Origin: Planctomycetota bacterium
GTDB taxonomy: Bacteria > Planctomycetota > Planctomycetia > Pirellulales > Lacipirellulaceae
NCBI GenBank assembly: GCA_039190745.1
Contig: JBCCXZ010000001.1
Location: forward strand, 85,620-149,619
Length of the DNA: 64,000 bases
Reading direction: 5' to 3'
The notes below the pieces were generated by a model, which saw only the letters and a list, made by a program, of their open reading frames with translations, made no database searches and was not told the origin of the DNA. The translations under genes and the position numbers were made by a program. Numbering within the stretch: position 1 is the stretch's first letter; each line of letters starts with the position of its first letter. Below are positions 1 to 10,316 of the stretch, piece after piece.

Positions 1-1405
1 CGGCCGCGTTCGCTGCGGTCTTCTCGGTTGCGATCCATTCGGCCTTGGTCTTGGAGAGCAGCTCTGCTTCGCGGCGTGCTTCGACGGGCAAATGCACCGA
101 GGGCAATAGACGCTCTGGGTGGAACCGCGCATCGCGGAGCCGCATCGCTGCCTCGGCTGCGCGTTGGTTGGCGCGGGTGTCGATCTCCGTCGGCAGACGC
201 AGCGTTCCGGAGAGCGTGGCGTGCGGGGGCGGGGGAGAGCCGAAGAGCTGCTGGCAGACGCGGTCGGTGATCTGGTCGTACTTGGCGCCGCCGATGCCGT
301 GGATAAACAAGTCGCTGACGAAGTAGCGGAAGAAGGCGGTCGTCATCAGGGCACGCGTGCGGACCTTGATGCCTCTGTCCGCGAGAACCGCGAGGGCGTC
401 TGCAATTGCCGCGGCGTCTCCGGCCGGCAGCGTGGCGAGCGGCTGTTGGCGGTTGGACAGTTCAATGTCGTTGCCTAGGCGGCGTGCGACCACGCCGCGG
501 CGGGTGGGGTCGGCATCGGTCCAGGCCCAGAGCGGCAGTTCGTGCCAGCCGTCTTCCACGGCGAGGTCGGGCATAGGCTGGGCGTTAGTCCGCAGGCGGT
601 GGGCGCGGCGGTAGTCGGCCAGGCATTCGTTGTACACCGGGGCGACCCGTTCGTGCTGGTGGATCAGAGAGGCGACTAGCCAGCGGAAGCCCGAGGTCTC
701 TGCAAGACCGCTTAGCGGGACCTGCAGGAGGGGGATGCCCCAGTCGCTTTCGCGGCGGTGGCGGGCCTCGGCGATGCCGCGGGAAAGGCAATCCGTCGCC
801 TTGCAACGATCAACGACCGTCGGCCACCAGCCTTGGACAAGCGGGTTTTCGAGAACGCTCGCCCCGGACTCGGCGACGCGGGCTGCAAACGAGTCGAGGA
901 GGCCGTGATCGCGGACTCGGCGCTGCTCGTGAGGGACGGGTGTGTCTGAGGCGTCGAAGGCTACGGGCGTGTACGCGGCGTTGCCGTTGTCGATGAGGGG
1001 GACCCGGATCGACGGGGTGCGGGCGAGGTCGCTGTCGATAACGACGTTGAGTGCGGCGCCGCCCAGCTGCTGGGCAAGCTGCGACGCAGCGGAGTTCTTC
1101 AGCCAGACGCCGGGGTGATATAGCTCGGGCTGGTGGCCCGTGACGATCAACGGCTGCGCCGGGTCGGCGTTGGGGAGCGCGTCGAGGTACTGTGAGGAGC
1201 CGCGTTTTGCCGCTTGGAGGGTCTCTTGACGGGTCTCGCGGGCAAGCTCGGCGAGCGGGCGGCCGAGCAACTCGGCGCGGTTCGCCTGGATCGCTTCGCG
1301 GTTGTGTTGGATAAGGCTTGGCCAGTCTTGCCAGCGCGGGACGGCGAGTCTCTCGCCGTCTTCGGTGGGCGCCCGGAAACGGCAGTATCCCTCGCCGCCG
1401 GTCAT
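1..1405 (-). CDS. BshC-like (bacillithiol cysteine-ligase-like) conserved protein, 3' end outside window; absent from ORF track
   Basis: Hand translation of segments in one frame from ATG 1405 (ATGA overlap with upstream stop) to the window edge: IVTGHQPELYHPGVWLKN ... DLFIHGIGGAKYDQITD; resembles the BshC motifs. Confidence 0.7.
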   Translation of the reverse strand, partial: MTGGEGYCRFRAPTEDGERLAVPRWQDWPSLIQHNREAIQANRAELLGRPLAELARETRQETLQAAKRGSSQYLDALPNADPAQPLIVTGHQPELYHPGVWLKNSAASQLAQQLGGAALNVVIDSDLARTPSIRVPLIDNGNAAYTPVAFDASDTPVPHEQRRVRDHGLLDSFAARVAESGASVLENPLVQGWWPTVVDRCKATDCLSRGIAEARHRRESDWGIPLLQVPLSGLAETSGFRWLVASLIHQHERVAPVYNECLADYRRAHRLRTNAQPMPDLAVEDGWHELPLWAWTDADPTRRGVVARRLGNDIELSNRQQPLATLPAGDAAAIADALAVLADRGIKVRTRALMTTAFFRYFVSDLFIHGIGGAKYDQITDRVCQQLFGSPPPPHATLSGTLRLPTEIDTRANQRAAEAAMRLRDARFHPERLLPSVHLPVEARREAELLSKTKAEWIATEKTAANAA

Positions 1406-2178
1406 GAACACCCGGCGAGCGTCGGGGCGGATTGGCCCGCGCGCTCGCGGGAGCGGCGCTGCGCTCGCCGCATCGCGTCCTCAATCACTTGGCGGTAGTA
1501 GGACAGGCGCGTCTCGGAGTCGTCGAGGTTGCCGCCGAAGGATCGCTCTTCGTCGAGGTAGATCAGCGGGACAGCGACCTCGCGGACGGTGAGCCCGGCG
1601 CAGGCGGCCTGGACCCATAGTTCGAGGGGCATGGCGTAGCCGGTCTCTTGCAGGCTGAGCTTCGCGAGGGCCGCGACGCGGTAGGCTTTGAAGCCACAGA
1701 AGGCGTCGGTGAGTTCGAGCCCGAGCTGCTGGTTGAGTTCGGCGGTGATCGTTTGGTTGATGCGTCGGCGGTCGGCGGGAGCCAGGTTGGGGTCGGTGTC
1801 CAGGCCGAGGTACCGGCTGCCGGAGACGATGTCCGCACCCCCGCAGGCCTGGGCGAGCTGCTGGATGCGTTGGGGTTCGTGCTGGCCGTCGCAGTCGATG
1901 GTGACCAGCATGTCGTAGCGGTGGAGTATGGCGAACTCGAAGGCCGTGCGGAGGGCGGCCCCGTAGCCCTGGTTCTCTGGGTGGAGGTGGACGAAGACGT
2001 CATTGCGCTTGGCGAGACGCTCGCGGGTTCCGTCGGTCGACCCGTCGTCGATCACGAGCACATCGGTCGCGTGCTTGACAACCTCGTCGAGCACTTCGGT
2101 GACGTGGGCGGCTTCGTTGTAGACGGGCAGGGCGGTGAGGAATCGCGCAGAGCAATCAGCGGGAAACGGATTCGGCAT
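1402..2178 (-). CDS. Glycosyltransferase family 2 (DPM1/polyprenol-phosphate sugar transferase-like)
   Basis: LPVYNE, VIDDGSTDGT, NQGYGAAL, TIDCDGQHEP, DIVSGSRY, TDAFCGFKAY; start assigned to ATG 2178. Confidence 0.9.
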   Translation of the reverse strand: MPNPFPADCSARFLTALPVYNEAAHVTEVLDEVVKHATDVLVIDDGSTDGTRERLAKRNDVFVHLHPENQGYGAALRTAFEFAILHRYDMLVTIDCDGQHEPQRIQQLAQACGGADIVSGSRYLGLDTDPNLAPADRRRINQTITAELNQQLGLELTDAFCGFKAYRVAALAKLSLQETGYAMPLELWVQAACAGLTVREVAVPLIYLDEERSFGGNLDDSETRLSYYRQVIEDAMRRAQRRSRERAGQSAPTLAGCS

Positions 2179-2387
2179 GCGGGGAGCACCGGGGGGAGCA
2201 AAACGGGTGAACGACTCGGCCGGATCAGACGCTCCCGGGCCGCTGTCGCTGCCGACCCCGAGCCGGTTTCGCGGCTGGGCGTGGGCGGGCTCCAAGAATC
2301 GGTGCTCTGCCAAGACCCACTTATTTTAGGCGTGCCGGTCGGACGGAACAAGCAAGCACGCTGGGCGGCCGGACCTGGGCGCCTGAT

Positions 2388-3182
2388 TCAGGCCTGGCGG
2401 AGGGGGTCGCGTTCGTCTTGGCTTGCCCAGACACGGACGTCGGGGAGCTGTTCGCCGAGGTAGTCGGCCAGCGCTTCCATCGCGAAGCGTTCGCTGGCGT
2501 AGTGCCCGGGCAAGATAAGCGAGATCCCCAACGCCTCGGCTTCGAGGCAGGTGTGGAAGGCTGCCTCGCCGGTGAGCATGCAATCGCAACGGCGGCTGGC
2601 CGCGTGGGCGAGCATCGACCCACCGCTGCCGCAGGCGATGGCCACGCTCTGCACGGTTCGGTCGTCGGGCCCGACTACCCGGAGTGTCGGGATGCCGAGG
2701 AAAGACTTCACGCGGGCGACCAGCTCTTCGAGCCTCACCGATTCGCCGACCAGTCCGTACCGACCGGCTCCGACATCGGCGGCGTGCGGGCTATCGGCGA
2801 CCGCGAGCGGCTGGATGCCGTGCAGGTCGAGCCCGAGGGCGAGGTGGGCGTTGATGCCGGTTTCGGCGGAGTCGAAAGCGGTGTGCGCGCTGTAGACGGC
2901 GACGCCCGCTCCGGCGAGGTCCAGGAGGAGTTTGCCCTGAGGGTCGGCGGTGGTGAGCCGTTGCACGGGCCGGAACATGACCGGGTGGTGCGAGACGACG
3001 AGCTGGGCCGACTCGCGGACCGCCTCGGCGGCGGTTGCCGGCGTGAGCGTGAGACAGGTCATCACACGCTGGACGGGCCGCTCGGGGTCGCCGACCAAGA
3101 GTCCGACGTTGTCCCAGTCTTCGGCGAGTTCGAGGGGGGCGAACTGCTTAAGGATGTCGACGACGTGGCTGACTTGGGGCAT
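2388..3182 (-). CDS. Nif3-like dinuclear metal-centre hexameric protein
   Basis: APLELAEDWDNVGLLVG, SHHPVMF, YSAHTAFD, ACGSGGS, GHYASE. Confidence 0.92.
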   Translation of the reverse strand: MPQVSHVVDILKQFAPLELAEDWDNVGLLVGDPERPVQRVMTCLTLTPATAAEAVRESAQLVVSHHPVMFRPVQRLTTADPQGKLLLDLAGAGVAVYSAHTAFDSAETGINAHLALGLDLHGIQPLAVADSPHAADVGAGRYGLVGESVRLEELVARVKSFLGIPTLRVVGPDDRTVQSVAIACGSGGSMLAHAASRRCDCMLTGEAAFHTCLEAEALGISLILPGHYASERFAMEALADYLGEQLPDVRVWASQDERDPLRQA

Positions 3183-3429
3183 CGTGCTGGTGTGCCGGAG
3201 GACGGGATGCGCTAGGCGGCGCATGGTACTTGCTGGCAAAGCGGCCGGCAAGCTGCGCGTCTTCTGGGTGGCGCCGACTGTCGGTGTCGTTTGCGACACG
3301 AGGTGATTGATTCTCGGAAGTAGAACGGTCCGCCTCTTGTGCTGCGCACACGGACAATCGGCCGACAGGCATTTGCTCGATGGCGTGCGTTTCGCGGCCG
3401 ACAGTCCGTGCCACCCGGGGGGGCGGCCG

Positions 3430-6048
3430 CTACTCCTCGGCGATGATCCGGTGATTGAAGACCCGCGGGCCGTCGACTTCTTCGATCCGGAGCCACAGTT
3501 CCTTGCCGAGCAGTTCCTTGCCGTTGGCGTAGCGGTAGGTCTTCAGGTCGTACTCGGGGCCGAGCTTGAAGACGCGCATCTGCTGCCGGCGCCTGCTCTC
3601 TGCGTAGAGCGAGCACTTGAAGTCGAGGAACTCGCCGGAGTGGTTGATCATCCGCTGCTCGATAATGAGGTTGCCGTCGTCGGTCAGGCGGGTGTGGACG
3701 TCGAGCTCGATCTCCGCGTCTCCGACTTCCAGGTTTCGGAAGACGCTGAACTCGTAGTCGGTGTCGGCGACGAAACGCAGGGTGGCGGTGATCGGGGCGT
3801 CGCCGCTGTCGGCGTTGAAGGGCAGCACGACCTCGAAGGGCCTGCGGGTGGTCTCTCCGGCGGCGAGCTTGAACTCAATCTTCTGCGGCACGATCTGCCA
3901 GCCGTCGGGCCCCTGGAGTTCGACCGTGCCGCCGGCGCCCTGCTTGAAGTTGTTGGTGATGACGATCTGGTTGCGGTGCGCGATGCCGAAGACGCTGGGG
4001 ATACGCGGGCTCTCGAAGCCGACGCTGAGCCGCATCTTCGCGACGTGCGGGTTGACGCCGACGACGAAGGTGGGCTGGGGCGAGACCTCGATCAACTGCC
4101 GGGCGCCCCGGGTTTTGTGCGGCTTGACCCGGCCCCAGATATCGAGCTGCTGGACCGAGCGGTCGTCGCCGAGGAAGATTTCTTCGGTGGTCGGGTTGCG
4201 GTTCCAGACGACCATCAGGACGCGGCCGTCGGTGGTCTGAAAGAGCCGGTTCTCGCTGTCGCCCTTCAGGCGGATCTGCCCCAGGTACTCGGCTCCGCTG
4301 AGCAGGAAGGCGGTAGTCCGCCAGGGCAGGAACAGTTCGCCGGGCGTGCCCTCGGTCTCCATGATGCCCTTGTCCGAGTCGAAAGGCCGCGAGATGAAGA
4401 TGCCCTCGGCCCCGTGGATCTTCGCGGCGAGCATCTGGTCGACCAGATCGCGGGAACGGTCTTCCAGCGAGTAGTGCTGCCGTGAGAGCGGTTCGACCAA
4501 CACCCAGCGGAGCGTCTGTTCGCGCTTGGGTAGTTGGAGGTAAGTGCCCAGCTCTTGGCCGGTGAGCGCGGGGGAGGCGGAGAACTGCTGGAACTCCCAG
4601 GTGGCGGTCCTCTCCGACTCGGTGGACTCGTTCCATGGCCAGCCGAAGCCGATGTTCACGTCCTGGCCGAAGCGGAACAGCTGGCTGCGGAGCTTGCGGA
4701 TTTCGGTTTCGAGGTCGTTGAAGTCGGCGAAGCTGGTGTCGTCGTCCAGGCCGAACTGCCACCACCGCACGCGGAGCGAGAGCCGTGTGAGCACCGCGTC
4801 GAGCGACGGGAGCCAGCTGGAGGGTTCGACCGAGAGGAGGTCGGCGATGGTGATGCTGCGGTCGACCTTTTGGCCCAGCTCGAGGTCAGAGGGCGGGCGG
4901 TCGACGACGCCGACCACCTCGATTTCGTCGGCCCCGAGCAGCTCGGTAAATACCACGAGCTCGTCGCCCCGTTCCGGCTCGGACTGTCCGTACCAGACGG
5001 GCAGCTTGACCCAGCTGACCGCGGCGCGGGGCAGGAGCAGGCGGAGGTGCTCGAAGGAGAGCGGGATGTCTTGCCCGGCAAGCGACCAGCCGAACTCGCC
5101 GCGGTCGGGTTTGGTCAAAGGCGGCACGACGGCGATGGACTTGATGCGTTGGTCCATCCGCCCGCGGTCGGTCTGCATGGTGACCCGCACGCGGTAGAAA
5201 CCGTGGGTTTTGATCGGCGGGTGCCAGGAGGTGCTGCCCTCGTAGCTCTTGCGTTGCGAGTCGGGGTCGACGATCTCGGAGGCCTTGCTGCGCTTCTCGG
5301 TGATGAGCTTGCCCTGGATCTGCAGCGAGCTCTTCGATTTGATGTGGCTGCTCGCGTCGAGCAGCTCGAACAGGATGTCGGGGTCCTGCTCACGGATTCC
5401 AGATAGGGAGCAGGTGACCATCACCTTGCTGGGGTCGTCGTAGACGTTGAAGGGGCTTCCCGTAACGACGGACATCTTGGGGAGCCGCGCGATCCAGATG
5501 TCGTCGATGGCGACCTCGCCTTCGAGGTCGGCGTGCTGGCCGCGTTCGACCTCGAGCGTGAACCGGGCGAGGGTCGCGTCGGGGTTGGCGTCTTTGACCG
5601 GGCCGATGTGCAGGTTGACCCAGCCGTTGGTGTTCTGGACCCACTCGCTGGGGAACGAGCTGAGCACCTCGTGCTTGTCGTTGCAGAAGTCGAGCCGGAC
5701 CCGGGAGCGGGCGTACTGGATGCCCGAGGCGCGGATCCTCGCCTCCATGGCGTAGCTGAATTTGCGGGACATCGAGGCGAGCGGGCCGCTCACCAGGGCG
5801 CTGCCGCCGTTCATGTGCACGGTGAGGCATCGGCCCGCTTGGGCGGTTTCGTCGTCCTCGAGCAGCACATCGACGTAGCGGGGGTGATCGGTGCTGTAAT
5901 GCCGGCGCCACTTGTCGGGCCAGTTGTCGTAGTTGACGTCGCGGGTGAAGTTGCACTCGTAGACGACCACCGCGTCGGGGTGGCGGTCTTGGCTACCGCG
6001 GGCAACGGGAGCGGCTAGAATCAGGGCCAGGATGCAGAGGGGACGCAT
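3430..6048 (-). CDS. Large secreted hypothetical protein (about 870 aa), carbohydrate-binding/GH-like and C-terminal Ig-like regions
   Basis: Long ORF; signal peptide MRPLCILALILAAPVARG; domain guesses from residue pattern only. Confidence 0.75.
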   Translation of the reverse strand: MRPLCILALILAAPVARGSQDRHPDAVVVYECNFTRDVNYDNWPDKWRRHYSTDHPRYVDVLLEDDETAQAGRCLTVHMNGGSALVSGPLASMSRKFSYAMEARIRASGIQYARSRVRLDFCNDKHEVLSSFPSEWVQNTNGWVNLHIGPVKDANPDATLARFTLEVERGQHADLEGEVAIDDIWIARLPKMSVVTGSPFNVYDDPSKVMVTCSLSGIREQDPDILFELLDASSHIKSKSSLQIQGKLITEKRSKASEIVDPDSQRKSYEGSTSWHPPIKTHGFYRVRVTMQTDRGRMDQRIKSIAVVPPLTKPDRGEFGWSLAGQDIPLSFEHLRLLLPRAAVSWVKLPVWYGQSEPERGDELVVFTELLGADEIEVVGVVDRPPSDLELGQKVDRSITIADLLSVEPSSWLPSLDAVLTRLSLRVRWWQFGLDDDTSFADFNDLETEIRKLRSQLFRFGQDVNIGFGWPWNESTESERTATWEFQQFSASPALTGQELGTYLQLPKREQTLRWVLVEPLSRQHYSLEDRSRDLVDQMLAAKIHGAEGIFISRPFDSDKGIMETEGTPGELFLPWRTTAFLLSGAEYLGQIRLKGDSENRLFQTTDGRVLMVVWNRNPTTEEIFLGDDRSVQQLDIWGRVKPHKTRGARQLIEVSPQPTFVVGVNPHVAKMRLSVGFESPRIPSVFGIAHRNQIVITNNFKQGAGGTVELQGPDGWQIVPQKIEFKLAAGETTRRPFEVVLPFNADSGDAPITATLRFVADTDYEFSVFRNLEVGDAEIELDVHTRLTDDGNLIIEQRMINHSGEFLDFKCSLYAESRRRQQMRVFKLGPEYDLKTYRYANGKELLGKELWLRIEEVDGPRVFNHRIIAEE

Positions 6049-6112
6049 AGCTGGGGGCCGCCGTGGGGCGATCCGGCGGGGGCTACGTTTGGCGGGCGGG
6101 GAGGATCGGCAC

Positions 6113-6895
6113 GTGCATAGCTTGAAGACCGCGGCGCAGACCGGCTGCTTCCGGCAGACCTTCAGGAAAGCATTGCACACCGCTGCGCAGATCGGGTGTA
6201 CCGGCGTGGAAATCGATGCCCGCGAGGAGCTGCGGCCTTCCGATTTGAGCGATACGGGGCTGCGGCAGCTGCGGAAATTGCTGGATGATCTGAATCTGAG
6301 GGTCGCGGCGGTCGCTTTCCCAACCCGCGGAGGCTTCGGCGAGCCGGCCCGGCAGCAGCAGCGAGTGGACGCGGCGCTGGCGGCAATGCAGATGGCGTCG
6401 CGGCTCGGGTGCCGCGCGATGCTGGTGAACGTGCAAGACGCTGACCGGGCGGAAAAGGGCGGGCCGCTGCACGCGGCGTTGGAGCTGCTCGCCGACCGGG
6501 GGCTGCATTACGGCGTGCAATTGGTCGGACGCGGCGGGGCCGTCCCGGCGGCTGCGCTCGGCACGCTTGCGGAGTCGCTGCCCGAGCACGGATTGCTCTT
6601 CGACATCGATCCCGGAGAGATCGTTTCTTCCGGCGGCAGCGTGGCCGAGCAGCTCGGCGGGCTGGGCGCTCGGGTGGGTTCGGTCCACGCGACCGACGCC
6701 TACCGCGACCTGGGGGCTGGGGCCGGCGTGGAAGTGCAGCTCGGACGGGGGGCGGTCGACTACGCCGAGGTGCTGGGGCTGCTGGAAGAGTTTGACTACC
6801 GAGGCTGGCTGACCGTGGCACGACGCGGCGGAGACCAGCCGGCCCAGGACATGGCCGCGGCGGTGAAGTTCCTCGAAGCCGTGGCCCGGGGGTAG
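6113..6895 (+). CDS. Sugar-phosphate isomerase/epimerase, TIM barrel (xylose isomerase-like/AP endonuclease 2 family)
   Basis: GCTGVEI, FDIDPG, VHATDA, LGRGAVDY...FDYRGWLTV; start GTG 6113 inferred. Confidence 0.8.
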   Translation: MHSLKTAAQTGCFRQTFRKALHTAAQIGCTGVEIDAREELRPSDLSDTGLRQLRKLLDDLNLRVAAVAFPTRGGFGEPARQQQRVDAALAAMQMASRLGCRAMLVNVQDADRAEKGGPLHAALELLADRGLHYGVQLVGRGGAVPAAALGTLAESLPEHGLLFDIDPGEIVSSGGSVAEQLGGLGARVGSVHATDAYRDLGAGAGVEVQLGRGAVDYAEVLGLLEEFDYRGWLTVARRGGDQPAQDMAAAVKFLEAVARG

Positions 6896-6902
6896 CGCGA
6901 CG

Positions 6903-7850
6903 ATGCCGACGCGGGAGGCCGCCACCGGGTACTTGTTCGCCTTGCCGTGGCTGGCGGGGTTCGCGTTGTTCGTGGCGTACCCGTTCGCGGCGACGTTGTG
7001 GTGGAGCTTCTGCGATTACGACCTGCTATCTTCGCCGCGGTTTGTGGGGTGGGAGAACTACCGGCGTCTGGCGTCGGAGTTAGCCGGGGGCGGGCGGCTG
7101 TGGCTGGCGGTGGTGAACACGGCCTACTACTGCGTGGCGAGTGTTGCTGCGTCGGTGGCGGTTGGCGTGGGGTTGGCGACGATGCTGTCGTGGAAGGTGC
7201 GCGGTCAGGCCGTGTACCGCACGCTTTGCTACTTGCCGTCGGTCGTGCCGGTGGTGGCTTCGGCCGTGCTGTGGGTCTGGCTGCTCGACCCGCAGTCTGG
7301 GCTGGTGAACGGCGTTCTCGGTGCGCTGCACCTGCCGGGGCAGGACTGGTTCCAGAGTACTAGCGCCGCCGCGCTGCCGGGGAGCTGGCCGACCGACGAG
7401 CCGGGCCGCGTCTTTGGCAGCAAAGACGGGCTGGTGTTGATGAGCGTGTGGGGCATCGGCAACCTGCTCATCATTTATTTGGCGGCGATCGCCGACGTGC
7501 CGGCGGAGCTGTACGAGGCGGCGGTGATCGACGGCGCCTCGCGGGCCCGTCGGTTCTGGCACGTGACGCTGCCGATGCTCACGCCGGTGGTGTTCTTCAA
7601 TGTGGTGATGGGGCTGATTCAGTCGGTGCAGGCTTTCACGGAGGTGTATCTGGTCAGCGACGGCCAGGGCGACCCGGCGGGGGCGACGTTGACGCTCTCG
7701 CTGCACTTGTTCCTGGTGGCGTTCAAGGAACTCGACATGGGGTATGCCTCGGCGATCGCTTGGGTGCTGTTCGTTGTCGTGACGTTGGTGACGGCGTGGT
7801 TGTTCCGTTCCTCTCGGCATTGGGTGCATACATATGGAGTGATCGTCTGA
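6903..7850 (+). CDS. Carbohydrate ABC transporter permease
   Basis: FVGWENY; EAA loop ELYEAAVIDGASRARRFWHVTLPMLTP; MGYASAIAW. Confidence 0.95.
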   Translation: MPTREAATGYLFALPWLAGFALFVAYPFAATLWWSFCDYDLLSSPRFVGWENYRRLASELAGGGRLWLAVVNTAYYCVASVAASVAVGVGLATMLSWKVRGQAVYRTLCYLPSVVPVVASAVLWVWLLDPQSGLVNGVLGALHLPGQDWFQSTSAAALPGSWPTDEPGRVFGSKDGLVLMSVWGIGNLLIIYLAAIADVPAELYEAAVIDGASRARRFWHVTLPMLTPVVFFNVVMGLIQSVQAFTEVYLVSDGQGDPAGATLTLSLHLFLVAFKELDMGYASAIAWVLFVVVTLVTAWLFRSSRHWVHTYGVIV

Positions 7851-9140
7851 TTGAGCCTTTCGACTAACGCCGCCCACGCACGGGAAGAAGTGGTGTTCTG
7901 GCACTTCTGGGGCGGGGCGGACCGGCCGGTGGTGGAGCGGATTGTCGAGGGGTTCAATGCGTCGCAGGACCGCTACCGCGTGCGGGCGATCGCGATGCCG
8001 GGGGCGAACCTCGACCTGAAGTTCTTCCTGAGCGTTGCGGGCGGCAGCCCGCCGGACGTCATGAACCAGGACGACCCGGTGGTGGCCGACTGGGCGCACC
8101 GCGGGCTCTTGGCGTCGCTCGAGGAGATGGCTTCCGCGGAAGAGCTTGAGCGGCTCGAGGGTTGGCTGTTCCCGGCGGCGCGGCGGCTGGGCTCTTTTGA
8201 CGGGCGGCTGTACGCGCTGTGCAACGGCTTGGATATCCGCGCGTTGTACTGCAACCAGACTTTGCTGGCCGAGCACGGGCTCTCGCCGCCGCGGACGTTG
8301 GAGGAACTCGATCGGATCGCGGAGACGATCGCGCCGCACCACGCCGAGGGCGACCGCACGCGGATGGGCTACCTGCCCGACCCTAGGCGGCTGTGGGCGT
8401 GGGGCGCGGCGTTCGGCGGCAGCTTCTATGACTCGGACGCGGAAGACGTGGAAGCGATGATCACGGCAGACTCGCCGCGTGTGCTCGACGCGCTGCGCTG
8501 GATGGGCGGCTACGCCGATCGTTACGGCCCCAGTGCGCTGGCGCGGTTCCGCTCGGGGGAGCAGGCGCTCACGGGGGCGAGCTTCACGCTGCTCAACAAC
8601 CGCCGGTACGCCGTGCAGATGGACGGCCAGTGGCGGCTGCGGGACGTGGCTGCGGTGCGGGCCCGGGCCGCGGAGCGGGGCGAGGCGTGCGACGAGATCA
8701 CGGTCGTGCCGCTGCCGCGCCCGGCGGGCGGGGTAGCCAACGCCGGGTGGGTGAACGGCAACTTCTTCGTCGTGCCGCACAACGCTCGGTCCAAAGACGG
8801 GGCGTGGGCTTTCATGAAATACTGGGCCGGCTTCGGAAACGAAGCGGCGGCCGGCGAAGCTTGTGCCGCGGGGGGGTGGATCCCGGCGTCGGAGCGGGTC
8901 GTCGCGAGCGAGGCGTACCAGGCGGCCATCGAGCGGGAACCGCTGCTGCGGGTGTTCGTCGACCTTGCCGCTAGCGAATACCAACAACCCGTGCCGCCGC
9001 TGCCTGTTGCTTCGCACTACTACCAGGAGGTGATCGGCGCCGCGCAGGACGTATTGTACCGCGGCGCGGACCCCGACGAGAGCCTGCGCGGGGCGGCTGA
9101 GCGTGTGCGGCGAAGGCTGCGGGGGGTGATGCAGCGATGA
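7851..9140 (+). CDS. Carbohydrate ABC transporter solute-binding protein (no complete signal peptide; same frame as the permease)
   Basis: VVFWHFWGG, AGGSPPDV, DGRLYALC, MDGQW, AWAFMKY. Confidence 0.88.
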   Translation: MSLSTNAAHAREEVVFWHFWGGADRPVVERIVEGFNASQDRYRVRAIAMPGANLDLKFFLSVAGGSPPDVMNQDDPVVADWAHRGLLASLEEMASAEELERLEGWLFPAARRLGSFDGRLYALCNGLDIRALYCNQTLLAEHGLSPPRTLEELDRIAETIAPHHAEGDRTRMGYLPDPRRLWAWGAAFGGSFYDSDAEDVEAMITADSPRVLDALRWMGGYADRYGPSALARFRSGEQALTGASFTLLNNRRYAVQMDGQWRLRDVAAVRARAAERGEACDEITVVPLPRPAGGVANAGWVNGNFFVVPHNARSKDGAWAFMKYWAGFGNEAAAGEACAAGGWIPASERVVASEAYQAAIEREPLLRVFVDLAASEYQQPVPPLPVASHYYQEVIGAAQDVLYRGADPDESLRGAAERVRRRLRGVMQR

Positions 9141-9982
9141 GCACGCCCACTAGTGAAAACGTCGTCGACCGACCGCCGCGCGGCGCCCACTTGTGGCTGG
9201 TCTTGGCGGCGGGGCTGTTCGCGCTGCCGCTGGTCTGGATGGTGCTCACGTCTCTGAAGACGCCGGACCAGATCAAGGCCGAGCCCTACGCCTGGCTGCC
9301 TCAGCCGCTGGCGGCGGGCAACTACGCGGAGAGCCTCTCGGCGATGCCGCTGGCGAGGTACCTCGGCAACACCCTGCTGCTGTGCATGGGGAGCGTCGCG
9401 GGGACGCTCGTCTCCTGCACCTGCGCCGCCTACGCGTTCGCGTTGTTGCGGTGGCCGGGGCGGGACGTTTGGTTCGGCGTGCTGATCGCCACGATGCTGC
9501 TGCCGTGGCAGGTGACGATGGCGCCGCGGTTTGAGATCATCCGCGCGGTCGGCCTCTACAACACGCTGGGTGAGCTCATCGTGCCGACTCTTTTTGGGAA
9601 CGCGTTTTACGTCTTCCTGCTGCGGCAGTTTTTTCTCACGGTTCCGCGGGAGACGCTCGACGCGGCGCGGATCGACGGCTGCGGCGAGGCGGCGGTGCTG
9701 TGGCGGATCGTGCTGCCGGTGGCGAGGCCGGCGTTGGCGACGGTGGCGCTCTTGCAGTTCGTGGCGGCGTGGAACGACTACGGCGGTCCGCTTCTGTACC
9801 TGAGCGACCCGCGGAAGTTCCCGCTCGCTTACGGGCTGGAGCAGTTCGTGAGCGCCCACTCGAGCGAGACGCACCTGATGTTGGCCGCGGCGGTGGTGTT
9901 CACGCTGCCGATTTTGGTGCTGTTCTTCCTGACGCAGCGGGTGTTCATCCGCGGCATCGCCACGACGGGGCTCAAGGGTTAG
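9137..9982 (+). CDS. Carbohydrate ABC transporter permease
   Basis: LLRQFFLTVPRETLDAARIDG, WNDY, TQRVFIRGIATTGLKG; ATGA overlap. Confidence 0.95.
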   Translation: MSTPTSENVVDRPPRGAHLWLVLAAGLFALPLVWMVLTSLKTPDQIKAEPYAWLPQPLAAGNYAESLSAMPLARYLGNTLLLCMGSVAGTLVSCTCAAYAFALLRWPGRDVWFGVLIATMLLPWQVTMAPRFEIIRAVGLYNTLGELIVPTLFGNAFYVFLLRQFFLTVPRETLDAARIDGCGEAAVLWRIVLPVARPALATVALLQFVAAWNDYGGPLLYLSDPRKFPLAYGLEQFVSAHSSETHLMLAAAVVFTLPILVLFFLTQRVFIRGIATTGLKG

Positions 9983-10316
9983 AGCCCTGGGCGCATGCAC
10001 CTACGGCGGTTGGTCCGCTGGGGGTTGCGTCGAGAGGCGACGCGGAGACTTTGCGGGCGGCTGAGGCGACTCAGGCCCGCGGCAAGAAGGCTACTTCTTG
10101 CGGTGACGGATCTTGGCCCGCATGCGGCGCTTTTTGCGACCGAGCTTGCGGCGGCCCTTTCCGGATTTCTTCGTTCCCAATTTCGGCTCCGAATACGAGG
10201 TTTGACAAACCAACAGGCTTGCCAAACCACAAGATTTGGTAGTGACGCTTGCCCCGCTCTGCCCGGCGCCCGGGCCAAACAGGCCGGGCTTGTGGGCCCC
10301 GCATCAGCGGGTTGAG

